Origin: Candidatus Delongbacteria bacterium
Lineage (GTDB): Bacteria > CAIWAD01 > BS150m-G50
Length of the DNA stretch: 46,571 bases
Direction of reading: 5' to 3'
NCBI GenBank assembly: GCA_016784425.1
Contig: JADHUQ010000001.1
Coordinates: 1 to 46,571, forward strand
The notes below the pieces were generated by a model, which worked only from the letters and a program-made list of their open reading frames with translations, was not told the DNA's origin and searched no databases. Both the position numbers and the translations under genes were made by a program. Shown here in pieces: positions 17,066-25,572 of this stretch (position 1 is its first letter; every line of letters starts with the position of its first letter).

Positions 17066-19204
17066 ATGAATTGTATTCCCGGGGTCGGATGGTGGCGACG
17101 GGCTCTACTCCTGTCAGCAGCCCTCTTGACTTTAGTTTGCAGAGGAGAACTGGTGACAGCTCAACAAACACCGCCGGATGCACAACAGGTACGACACCTG
17201 AATCTGTATCATGGCGAAGAGGTAATAGACAATTATCACTGGTTACGTGATCGCGATAACCCCGCCACCATCGCCTATCTCGAGGAGGAGAACTCCTTTA
17301 CAGCAGCTGCAATGGCACACACAGAAAAACTGCAGGATGAGCTGTATCACGAAATGCGGGGTCGTATCAAGGAAACAGATCTCTCTGTACCGATGCTGAT
17401 AGATGGCTACTACTATTACAGCCGCACCGAACAGGACAAGCAGTACGGAATCAATTGCCGGCGTCGTGGTAGCATGGAAGCACCGGAAGATATCCTGCTG
17501 GATGAGAATGAGCTGGCGGAGGGTCTGGAGTATTGTGACGTGGGGATTTACCAGATCAGCCCCGACAACAACCTGTTGGCCTTCTCGGTAGATACCCAGG
17601 GGGATGAGATCTATCAGTTACGGGTCAAGGATTTGCGTACCGGTGAAATGGTTGCCGACCGGCTGGAAAATGTCGATGATGCCGCCTGGTCCACCGACAA
17701 CACCACACTATTCTATACTACCCTGGATGCAGCACACCGGCCGGATAAACTGTATCGTCACAGTCTGGGTCAACCGGTTGCGCAGGATGTGCTGGTGTAT
17801 CACGAAAAAGACGAGCGATACTACGCGGGCATATTTCTTACCAAAAGTAAAGACTACCTCATATTGACCCTGGGTAGCAATATCACCTCTGAAGCTCATT
17901 ACCTCAGGGCGGCCGATCCGTTGGGTGATTTCCGTGTGATTGAGCCCCGTCAGCAGGGAGTCGAATACTCCGTATCACACCATGACGATTATTTCTACAT
18001 CGTGACCAATCTGGATGCCATCAATTTCAGGCTTGTACGCTCAAATGTCTCACGCCCCGGATTACAGGACGCGACCGAGATCATCCCCCACCGGCCACAG
18101 GTAATGCTGGATTACATCAGCGTTTTCAGAGATTTCCTGGTCACTTATACCCGAGAGGGGGGCTTCCGTAAAATCCGGGTTTATAATCTGGCGGATGGCA
18201 CCAACCACGAGGTTCAGTTTCCAGAGGGGGAGCCGGTCTATTCCGGAGGCAGCGGCGGTAACCCGGACTTTAACACACAGATACTGAGGTTGTATTACAC
18301 ATCCATGGTGATTCCCTCCAGTATCTACGATTACGATATGATCGCGCGAAGCTGGGTGCTGCAAAAACGCCAGGAGGTAATGGGTGGTTATTCACCGCAG
18401 GACTACAGCACGGAACTGATTTACGCCCGGGCCGGTGATGGAACCTCTATACCGGTTTCACTGGTCTATCGCGATGGTGTCCGCACCAACGGACCTGCAC
18501 CGCTCTATCTGACCGGGTACGGAGCCTATGGCAGCAGCTCAGACCCCTATTTCTCAACCAATCGGCTGAGCCTGCTGGACCGGGGTTTTATCTATGCCAT
18601 CGCCCATGTACGTGGCGGGGGTGAGATGGGGCGCGCCTGGTATGAAGCGGGCAAGTTCCTGCAGAAAAAAAATACCTTCAGCGATTTCATCGCCTGTACT
18701 GAGCATTTGCTGGCGGAAAAATACACCACCAGTGATCGACTGGCAATATGGGGTGGCAGCGCAGGTGGGCTTCTGATGGGAGCTGTTGTCAACGAGCGCC
18801 CGGACTTGTATCACGCAGTGGTGGCTGATGTACCCTTTGTCGATGTTATAAACACCATGATGGATCCAACGGTTCCACTGACGGTTATTGAGTACGAAGA
18901 GTGGGGGAATCCCGCTGACCCGGCATACTATGAGTATATCAGATCCTATTCCCCTTACGAAAATACCCGGGCCCAGGCGTACCCCCATCTGCTCATAACC
19001 GCTGGATTGAACGACCCCCGGGTTGGGTACTGGGAACCGGCCAAGTGGATAGCCCGGTTGCGCGATAGAAGCACCAGCGACAACCGGCTGCTTTTGCGCA
19101 CTCAGATGGGCTCAGGCCACGGTGGCGCTTCCGGACGCTACGACTATCTCAAAGAGATAGCGTTTGAGTTTGCCTTTGTACTGGATGTCATGGGTATGCA
19201 ATAG
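17066..19204 (+). CDS. ptrB: oligopeptidase B (protease II), S9A prolyl-oligopeptidase family
   Basis: 712 aa with a signal-like N-terminus and a beta-propeller N-domain. The catalytic motifs are GGSAGGLLMG (Ser), the Asp region LNDPRV, and GSGHGG (His). Confidence 0.92.
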   Translation: MNCIPGVGWWRRALLLSAALLTLVCRGELVTAQQTPPDAQQVRHLNLYHGEEVIDNYHWLRDRDNPATIAYLEEENSFTAAAMAHTEKLQDELYHEMRGRIKETDLSVPMLIDGYYYYSRTEQDKQYGINCRRRGSMEAPEDILLDENELAEGLEYCDVGIYQISPDNNLLAFSVDTQGDEIYQLRVKDLRTGEMVADRLENVDDAAWSTDNTTLFYTTLDAAHRPDKLYRHSLGQPVAQDVLVYHEKDERYYAGIFLTKSKDYLILTLGSNITSEAHYLRAADPLGDFRVIEPRQQGVEYSVSHHDDYFYIVTNLDAINFRLVRSNVSRPGLQDATEIIPHRPQVMLDYISVFRDFLVTYTREGGFRKIRVYNLADGTNHEVQFPEGEPVYSGGSGGNPDFNTQILRLYYTSMVIPSSIYDYDMIARSWVLQKRQEVMGGYSPQDYSTELIYARAGDGTSIPVSLVYRDGVRTNGPAPLYLTGYGAYGSSSDPYFSTNRLSLLDRGFIYAIAHVRGGGEMGRAWYEAGKFLQKKNTFSDFIACTEHLLAEKYTTSDRLAIWGGSAGGLLMGAVVNERPDLYHAVVADVPFVDVINTMMDPTVPLTVIEYEEWGNPADPAYYEYIRSYSPYENTRAQAYPHLLITAGLNDPRVGYWEPAKWIARLRDRSTSDNRLLLRTQMGSGHGGASGRYDYLKEIAFEFAFVLDVMGMQ

Positions 19205-19268
19205 CGGTTGCAGACGATGCCTGTCGGGGGAAAACGTTCAGGAAAACCCCTTTGCAGGGTATCCTTGC

Positions 19269-19297
19269 TTGACTTGTTCCTCTTGAAGTGCTATTAT
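19269..19297 (+). promoter_or_regulatory. strong sigma70-type promoter with extended -10
   Basis: TTGACT (19269-19274), a 17-nt spacer ending in TGC, then TATTAT (19292-19297). Confidence 0.6.
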
Positions 19298-19353
19298 GCA
19301 GCACCAAATGAGAGCCCTTCACCATGGGGCAAGCGCTTAAAAGGGAGATGTCC

Positions 19354-19437
19354 ATGCATTTCGACATTAGAATATTCCCGAACGGACTGCTGGCAGTCCG
19401 GTTGCGTTCGTGGTGCAAGGCGCTCATTTTTCGCTGA
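19354..19437 (+). CDS. candidate 27-codon leader peptide MHFDIRIFPNGLLAVRLRSWCKALIFR
   Basis: AAGGGAG lies 6 nt upstream of the ATG at 19354, and an in-frame ATG also occurs at 19348. The ORF ends at TGA 19435-19437, just before the terminators. Its 3' third is one strand of the long leader helix. Confidence 0.3.
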   Translation: MHFDIRIFPNGLLAVRLRSWCKALIFR

Positions 19438-19459
19438 CGAGAATCAGCATAGTTTTTGC

Positions 19460-19495
19460 GGCCACGGAACCGACCTAATCCGTGGCCTTTTTTTT
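19460..19495 (+). terminator. intrinsic terminator (attenuator) upstream of the ABC exporter genes
   Basis: GGCCACGG (19460-19467) pairs with CCGTGGCC (19480-19487), followed by T8. Confidence 0.8.
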
Positions 19496-19505
19496 GGGGG
19501 TCGCG

Positions 19506-19531
19506 GGATCTGAATTCGCGATCCTTTTTTT
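19506..19531 (+). terminator. second, weaker terminator-like hairpin
   Basis: GGATC-TGAATTCGC-GATCC followed by T7. The stem is short, so confidence is low. Confidence 0.35.
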
Positions 19532-19549
19532 GTCTCTCAGGGAGCTGAT

Positions 19550-21400
19550 GTGTGTAAGACCAACAAAAACCAACCAATTACCAAAGGCAGACTGAGCCAT
19601 CTCTGGCAGCTGATGCAAGGTAAACGCAATTTCTACGTCGGAGCTATCAGCGCCGAAACAATGGCGACCGGTTTCGCTTTTCTGGTACCACTCGTGATTC
19701 GTTTTGCCATAGACTCGGTAATCGGCGAAGAACCCTTCCATCTACCGGGACCATTATCCGGTTTCGTTCAGGAGTTAGGCGGGAGAACCGGACTGCAAGA
19801 CAGGCTCTGGTTGCTGGCGGCGGTCATCGTGATCCTCGTCTTCTTGCAGGGTTTTTTCACCTATTTCAAGGGACGCTGGGCAGCCTCCGCCTCAGAATCG
19901 ATTATCAAACGACTGCGTGAACGTCTCTATAACCACTTGCAGTACCTGCCGTTTGCCTACCACGCTCGGGCGGAAACCGGTGATCTTGTACAACGCTGTA
20001 CATCCGATGTGGAAACCATCCGTCGTTTTCTGGCGGTTCAGGTAGTTGAGATGGGACGCGCCGTTATCATGCTGAGCATGATGATACCGATCATGTGGCA
20101 TCTCGATCCTCAGTTAACGCTGGTGGCAATGATCAGCATACCTTTGCTGCTGTTGTTCGCCTACCTGTTTTTCCGCTGGGTAAAAAGCGCCTTCCAGAAA
20201 GCGGATGAAGCTGAGGGAGCCCTGTCAGCGGTACTGCAGGAGAACCTGACCGGTATCAGGGTCGTGCGCGCTTTCGCCAGGCAGGAACATGAAATTGGCA
20301 AATTTGAAGATCGCAATTCACGTTTGCGAGATCACTGGACCAGGCTGCTGCGCCTGCTGGCCTGGTATTGGTCGGTATCCGATTTCCTGGTTATGACCCA
20401 GGTAGCTGCGGTACTGGTGGTTGGAACGATATGGGCCGCCGACGGTGCTATCACCCTGGGTACACTGGTGGTATTTGTTACCTACGAGAGCATGCTACTC
20501 TATCCCGTGCGCCAGATGGGACGCGTACTTACCGATCTGGGTAAGGCTTTCGTTTCCCTGGGGCGCATCCGGCAGATCCTGCAGGAGCCCCGCGAGGATG
20601 ATGCAACCATGGATCAACAGGTTCTCGGTGTGCGATTACAGGGCCGGATTGAGTTCCGTAACCTCACCTTCGGATATGAGCCGGAAAAACCGATCCTGCA
20701 TGAAATAAGCTTCCAGGTTGCAGCAGGGCAGACGGTGGCCATTCTCGGTCCAACCGGTTCCGGTAAATCGACCCTCGTCAACCTCCTGCCCCGGCTGTAT
20801 GACTATGACAACGGGTCTATCCTGGTTGATGGCAGGGAGCTGAGGGATTATCCCCGAAGTGAGATTCGACGACAAACCGGGATTGTACTGCAGGAGCCTT
20901 TTCTCTACTCCGGCTCCCTGAGGGAAAATCTCCGTTCCGGTCGGCAGGAAGCCGGTGACAAAGAGCTGTTCGAGGCTACGCAGACCGCTGCTATCCACGA
21001 TGTTATTCTCTCATTCGAGAAAGGCTACGACACGCTGGTGGGTGAGCGGGGTGTGACCCTGTCCGGTGGCCAGAAACAAAGGGTGGCCATTGCCAGGGCT
21101 ATCCTGCTGGATCCGGCGATCCTGGTCCTCGACGATTCACTTTCCGCAATTGATGCGGAGACGGAGATGCGAATACAGGAAGCGTTGCGCAACCGGCATG
21201 GTCGGGCCACAACCTTCGTCATTGCTCATCGACTGAGCACCGTACAGCAGGCCGATTTGATTCTAGTCCTGGAGGAGGGTCGTATCAGCCAGTCCGGTAC
21301 ACATGAACAACTAGTTGCCAGCGAGGGCCTTTATCAGCGCCTCTGGCAGATTCAGAACGGTACGGAACCGCTCAAGGAGTCATTGAGGAGGGAATCATGA
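19550..21400 (+). CDS. ABC exporter half-transporter (TMD-NBD), degenerate-site subunit of a heterodimer
   Basis: GTG start 5 nt after AGGGAG. It has a six-TM ABC_membrane domain, Walker A GPTGSGKST and the canonical signature LSGGQKQR. Walker B is ILVLDDS, with Asp replacing the catalytic Glu. Confidence 0.92.
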   Translation: MCKTNKNQPITKGRLSHLWQLMQGKRNFYVGAISAETMATGFAFLVPLVIRFAIDSVIGEEPFHLPGPLSGFVQELGGRTGLQDRLWLLAAVIVILVFLQGFFTYFKGRWAASASESIIKRLRERLYNHLQYLPFAYHARAETGDLVQRCTSDVETIRRFLAVQVVEMGRAVIMLSMMIPIMWHLDPQLTLVAMISIPLLLLFAYLFFRWVKSAFQKADEAEGALSAVLQENLTGIRVVRAFARQEHEIGKFEDRNSRLRDHWTRLLRLLAWYWSVSDFLVMTQVAAVLVVGTIWAADGAITLGTLVVFVTYESMLLYPVRQMGRVLTDLGKAFVSLGRIRQILQEPREDDATMDQQVLGVRLQGRIEFRNLTFGYEPEKPILHEISFQVAAGQTVAILGPTGSGKSTLVNLLPRLYDYDNGSILVDGRELRDYPRSEIRRQTGIVLQEPFLYSGSLRENLRSGRQEAGDKELFEATQTAAIHDVILSFEKGYDTLVGERGVTLSGGQKQRVAIARAILLDPAILVLDDSLSAIDAETEMRIQEALRNRHGRATTFVIAHRLSTVQQADLILVLEEGRISQSGTHEQLVASEGLYQRLWQIQNGTEPLKESLRRES

Positions 21401-23253
21401 CCTACAGCACACTCCAGGAAGAGGAGTACACCAAGCGCTTTGATCTCAACCTCTGGCGTCAGGCACTCCGTTTCGTGAAGCCTTATCGCCGGGAAGTTAT
21501 CGCCCTGATCGCAGTTATGGTCGGCGTGGCAGTACTGGAGGCTATCCCCCCGTTCCTGACCCGACAGGCGATCGATCTTTTCGTCGTACCGGGGCAGCTG
21601 GATGGCCTGGGCTGGTTCCTCGCCATCTATGGGGCCATTGTGATCCTGATGGGTCTGGGTATCTGGCTCTTGATCGTACTGGCGGGTAAGATTGATGTGT
21701 GGGTCTGTTATGATATCAGACGTGCAGGTTTTAAAAGGTTGCAGGAGCTGGATTTCTCCTACTATGACCGCACACCGGTGGGCTGGTTGATGGCCCGGAT
21801 GGTGTCCGATACCGAGCGGTTGGCTGAAACAGTCGCCTGGGGATTGGTGGACATGGTCTGGGGTGTCTCGATGATGACCGTCATCATCGGAGTTATGCTC
21901 TACTTGAACTGGTGGCTGGCGTTGATCGTGCTGACTGTCGTACCGCCGCTGGTCTGGGTGAGTGCGTTTTTTCAGAAGCGCATTCTCAAGAGTTACCGGG
22001 AAGTGCGACGGACTAACTCCCGCATCACCGGAGCCTTCAACGAAGGCATCATGGGCGCCCGTACAACCAAAACCCTGGTGCGGGAAAGGGCAAATCTCCA
22101 ACAGTTCACCGGACTGACCGGAAAAATGTACCGCTCCTCCTTTCTGGCGGCGGTACAGTCATCGCTCTACCTGCCGCTGGTTCTGGTGCTGGGTAGTATC
22201 GGTGCCGGACTGGGGGTCTGGTTTGGCGGGAGCGGTGTGATAGCAGGAGTTGTAACTTACGGCACGCTGGTTGCCTTCATTGTCTATGTGGAGCGCTTTT
22301 TTGAACCGGTACGCGAAGTAGCCCGCATTTTCGCCGAGCTGCAGAGCGCTCAGGCGGCTGCGGAGCGGATCTTCGCCCTGTTGTCCACCGAGCCGGAAAT
22401 TGTCGACAACGATGCAGTGCGCCAGTTGATGGGAACTGCCGGTATTTATGATCCGAACCGTACAGATGCAGTGGTTGCGCCCGCGGTCTTCCCGGAAATC
22501 AAGGGTGCTGTGACTTTTGAACAGGTGGGCTTTGCCTACAAGGATGGGACCCGCGTCCTGGCCGACTTCAACCTGGAGGTTGTTCCTGGTGAAACCATCG
22601 CGCTGGTCGGAGCGACCGGCGGCGGTAAGAGTACGATTGCAAATCTGGTTTGCCGGTTTTATGAACCGACCAGTGGACGGGTCCTGATCGATGGTGTCGA
22701 CTACCGTGAACGCAGCCTGCACTGGTTGCAATCCAATCTGGGGGTAGTGTTGCAGACGCCACAACTGTTCAGTGGTACCGTGCGTGACAATATCGCTTAT
22801 GGGCGCCTGGAGGCCAGCGCTGCAGAAATTGAGCAGGCGGCGCGACAGGTGCGGGCCTGGGATTTTATCAGTGCTATGGAGCAGGGGATGGACAGTCCCG
22901 TGGGTGAAGGAGGTGGATTGCTCTCGACCGGCCAGAAGCAATTGGTCTCATTCGCGCGGGCGGTACTGGCAGATCCCCGCATTTTCGTGATGGATGAAGC
23001 CACCTCGTCAGTGGATACTGAGACCGAGCTGTTGATACAGGAAGCGCTGGACAAGTTGTTGCAGGGTCGAACCAGTTTTGTCATCGCTCACCGGTTATCA
23101 ACTATTCGTAAAGCTGACCGCATCCTGGTAGTCGAGGACGGTTGTATCACGGAAGCAGGTGATCACGAGAGCCTGATGAAGCTGGAGGGGAGATACTTCG
23201 ATCTATACACCCGGCGCTTTGAAAGGGACCGGATCAATAAGATACTGCATTGA
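21397..23253 (+). CDS. ABC exporter half-transporter (TMD-NBD), consensus-site subunit of a heterodimer
   Basis: ATGA overlap with the upstream gene. Walker A is GATGGGKST and Walker B is IFVMDEATS with the catalytic Glu. The signature deviates from consensus (LSTGQKQL). Confidence 0.92.
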   Translation: MTYSTLQEEEYTKRFDLNLWRQALRFVKPYRREVIALIAVMVGVAVLEAIPPFLTRQAIDLFVVPGQLDGLGWFLAIYGAIVILMGLGIWLLIVLAGKIDVWVCYDIRRAGFKRLQELDFSYYDRTPVGWLMARMVSDTERLAETVAWGLVDMVWGVSMMTVIIGVMLYLNWWLALIVLTVVPPLVWVSAFFQKRILKSYREVRRTNSRITGAFNEGIMGARTTKTLVRERANLQQFTGLTGKMYRSSFLAAVQSSLYLPLVLVLGSIGAGLGVWFGGSGVIAGVVTYGTLVAFIVYVERFFEPVREVARIFAELQSAQAAAERIFALLSTEPEIVDNDAVRQLMGTAGIYDPNRTDAVVAPAVFPEIKGAVTFEQVGFAYKDGTRVLADFNLEVVPGETIALVGATGGGKSTIANLVCRFYEPTSGRVLIDGVDYRERSLHWLQSNLGVVLQTPQLFSGTVRDNIAYGRLEASAAEIEQAARQVRAWDFISAMEQGMDSPVGEGGGLLSTGQKQLVSFARAVLADPRIFVMDEATSSVDTETELLIQEALDKLLQGRTSFVIAHRLSTIRKADRILVVEDGCITEAGDHESLMKLEGRYFDLYTRRFERDRINKILH

Positions 23254-23270
23254 TGAAGAGGTTACCACAA

Positions 23271-23299
23271 AGGGGCGGGGCGCACTGCCCCTGTTTTTT
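23271..23299 (+). terminator. rho-independent terminator after the ABC operon
   Basis: AGGGGC-GGGGCGCACT-GCCCCT followed by GTTTTTT. Confidence 0.7.
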
Positions 23300-23481
23300 C
23301 ATGTCTCACTCCAGCCCTGGTGACACCTCCGCAGCCAGGGTTGTTGAGAGCAGCGAGCACGAGTATCACATAGGCGGTAATCCAAATCGACTGATTTGGC
23401 TCTATGTTTGCATGATACCACGACCCAGGGATCATTTTTCTGGTTTCGCTTTCACAGTTATCGCCATCAACACCACTACCC

Positions 23482-23916
23482 TCAGCGTTCGATCCTCTTC
23501 TCCATCTTCACATGTTTGATCCCGATCTCCTCGAATGGTTCACCCACCGGCTGGTATCCCAATCTGGTGTAGAACCGGTGTATCTCCCAGCGGGCGTGGC
23601 AGAAAACCGAAGTCAGACCTGCAGCAGCAGCTTCCTTTTCGAGGTGATCGACCAGCAGCCTCCCCACCCCCATTCCCTGGAATTCAGGATATACCGCCAT
23701 TTGAAACAGTTTGACAGTGGGGGGTCTTGGGTGGAAGAGCACACAACCGATAACTTTGTCGTCCAGCAAAGCCAGCAGGTGGCGTGATTCTATCTCGAAG
23801 GGAAAAAACTCCGTACCCCCGGGCATACCGAGCGGTTCCCGCAATACCTTGACCCGCAACAGTCTTTCAGACTCGTACAACGGATCGTCGCTGGTGATTT
23901 CGATGATCTGGATCAT
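23482..23916 (-). CDS. GNAT family N-acetyltransferase
   Basis: The acetyl-CoA motif is QMAVYPEFQGMGVGRLLVDHLEKEA, followed by RFYTRLGY. I chose the ATG at 23916 (MIQIIEI...), 13 nt after the hutH-like stop. Confidence 0.85.
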   Translation of the reverse strand: MIQIIEITSDDPLYESERLLRVKVLREPLGMPGGTEFFPFEIESRHLLALLDDKVIGCVLFHPRPPTVKLFQMAVYPEFQGMGVGRLLVDHLEKEAAAAGLTSVFCHARWEIHRFYTRLGYQPVGEPFEEIGIKHVKMEKRIER

Positions 23917-23929
23917 AGTGCCGCTATGG

Positions 23930-25453
23930 TTATTCCAGACTGCCGAGGCTCTCCTCAACCGCATCCAGAATCTCGCAGGACTCTACCAACGCCTTCATCG
24001 CGTTGTGGTCATTGTACAGCGGTCGATCGACATCGAGAAAATCGACATGCCTGCGTATCACATCGTGGGCAATCCGTACTCCGGTACCCGGGGTGAAGTC
24101 ACGTAAATCGAGCGCCTGGGCGGCAGCCATCAGTTCGATCCCGAGTACGCCATAAGCGTTATCCAGGATTTGACCATTCTTGATGGCTGTATTCATTCCC
24201 ATGGAGACGAAATCCTCCTGGTCGGCCGCAGCTGGTATTGAAGCCACAGAAGCTGGTGCCGACAACATACGCTGCTCGACGATCTGCATATCGGCGGTAT
24301 ACTGGCTCAGCATCATACCGGAGTACATGCCGGCCCCTTTCGTCAGGAACGCGGGGAGGCCGACACTCAGAGCCGGATTGAGCAACCGATTGAGACGACG
24401 CTCCGATAGTACGCTTACCATGGTCACGGCCGCACTGATCATATCCATCGGCAGGGAAACCGGGGAGCCCTGGAAATTGGCACCGGTAAGGGTTAACTCC
24501 TCTTCCGGAAAGAAAATCGGGTTGTCACCAACCCCATTCAGTTCGATTTCCACCTGCTTCCTGGCATAGGCGACCGCGTCATGTGCCGCCCCGATAACCT
24601 GGGGTGTGGATCGCATCGAGTAGGCATCCTGCACCTTTATCTTGATCCTGCCGGTCAGCAGTTCGCTACCCTCAATCATCTTTTTAATCGCTGTGGCACT
24701 GCGGACAGCACCCGGGAATCCGCGCACCTGGTGCAGCCGCACGTCATATGGTTTGAGATTGGCGGTCAAACCCTCCAGGCTCATGGCGGCGGCAATTTCC
24801 GCCTGTTTTAGCCAGCGATTGATATCGAAGAGCTGTATCGCGCTCATTGCCGTCAGCAGGTTGGAACCGTTGATAATTGCGAGACCATCACGCGCCTGCA
24901 GACCGGGAATTTCGATACCGGCCCGTTCCAGCGCTTCCTTTCCCGGCAACCGTACTCCCCGGTAGAAGGCCTCCCCCTCACCCATCATCAACAGAGCTAT
25001 CTGGGACATCGGCGCCAGATCACCGCTGGCACCAACCGAACCTTTCTGGCAGACGACCGGCGTGACTCCCGCGTTGAGCATCGCCACCAGCGTCTCTGTA
25101 ATCTGGAAACGACAGCCGGAGTGGCCATGCGCGTGCACATTGATGCGTCCGACCATGGCGCCCCGCACATATTCGATGGGAGCCGGTGGCCCGATTCCAG
25201 CAGCGTGATTGTAAATAAGGAATCGCTGGAACTGTTTAACCTGTTCATCGTCCAGTACTACTTCGGAAAACTCGCCAATACCGGTGTTGACACCGTACAT
25301 GATCTCACGGGCGTCAATTTTCCGTTCCAGCATCAGGCGACACCGCTTGATCCGCTCCAGCGCCAGGGGATGCAGTTCGACCGGTTCTCCCTGCCGGGCT
25401 ACCTGAACCAATTTCTCAATGGTTAATCCGGAACCGTCCAGAACAACGCTCAT
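23930..25453 (-). CDS. hutH: histidine ammonia-lyase family enzyme (MIO-dependent aromatic amino acid lyase)
   Basis: GAGGAG RBS. The MIO-forming triad is in GSVGASGDLAPMSQ, and YGVNTGIG and NGSNLLTA motifs are present. The specificity region reads YNHAAG (His retained, as in HAL). Confidence 0.85.
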   Translation of the reverse strand: MSVVLDGSGLTIEKLVQVARQGEPVELHPLALERIKRCRLMLERKIDAREIMYGVNTGIGEFSEVVLDDEQVKQFQRFLIYNHAAGIGPPAPIEYVRGAMVGRINVHAHGHSGCRFQITETLVAMLNAGVTPVVCQKGSVGASGDLAPMSQIALLMMGEGEAFYRGVRLPGKEALERAGIEIPGLQARDGLAIINGSNLLTAMSAIQLFDINRWLKQAEIAAAMSLEGLTANLKPYDVRLHQVRGFPGAVRSATAIKKMIEGSELLTGRIKIKVQDAYSMRSTPQVIGAAHDAVAYARKQVEIELNGVGDNPIFFPEEELTLTGANFQGSPVSLPMDMISAAVTMVSVLSERRLNRLLNPALSVGLPAFLTKGAGMYSGMMLSQYTADMQIVEQRMLSAPASVASIPAAADQEDFVSMGMNTAIKNGQILDNAYGVLGIELMAAAQALDLRDFTPGTGVRIAHDVIRRHVDFLDVDRPLYNDHNAMKALVESCEILDAVEESLGSLE

Positions 25454-25572
25454 TTTTATCTCCTCAAAATTTCCAGGCTAACCGCTTCATCTGCAGAATT
25501 ACTGTAGGGCTGAGCGGTAAAGGGGTTATCAAAGTTGCCTGCTGCCAGGCACTATTATTTTTGATTGCACCG

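Larger units (their letters stand above)
19304..19531 (+). promoter_or_regulatory. structured 5' leader / candidate transcription attenuator of the ABC exporter operon
   Basis: A long imperfect helix forms between 19308-19325 and 19410-19427 (15 of 18 pairs). There are internal hairpins at 19343-19376 and 19375-19409, a hairpin over the leader stop codon (GCTGA-CGAGAA-TCAGC), and then two terminator hairpins. See findings. Confidence 0.5.

Noticed and set aside
19300-19440. Attempt to assign the leader to a known riboswitch class (cobalamin, glycine, TPP, SAM, Mn2+ yybP-ykoY, ykkC/guanidine, Moco, c-di-GMP, c-di-AMP, fluoride)
   Set aside because: There are only fragmentary resemblances (CACCAUGGGGCAA, AAAAGGGAGA). 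None of the diagnostic cores (B12 box/GCCACUG, CUGAGA, GGGUUCCG...) is present. A covariance-model search is needed to decide.
19208-19513. 101-aa plus-strand ORF across the ABC leader
   Set aside because: It would run through the promoter hexamers and both terminator hairpins. It has no RBS and a non-protein-like composition. The region is better explained as a regulatory leader.
21352-22941. 249-aa and 260-aa minus-strand ORFs
   Set aside because: Both are antisense to the second ABC half-transporter, whose Walker and signature motifs fix the coding strand.
23262-23435. 57-codon minus-strand ORF (MIPGSWYHANIEPNQSIWITAYVILVLAAL...) downstream of the GNAT gene, with one hydrophobic helix
   Set aside because: It has no SD and its 3' half reads through the ABC-operon terminator hairpin. 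It is too short to evaluate without homologues. A real small membrane protein is possible but unsupported.
23250-23519. 89-aa plus-strand ORF after the ABC operon
   Set aside because: It starts inside the stop region, spans the terminator and overlaps the GNAT 3' end on the opposite strand. It has no motifs.
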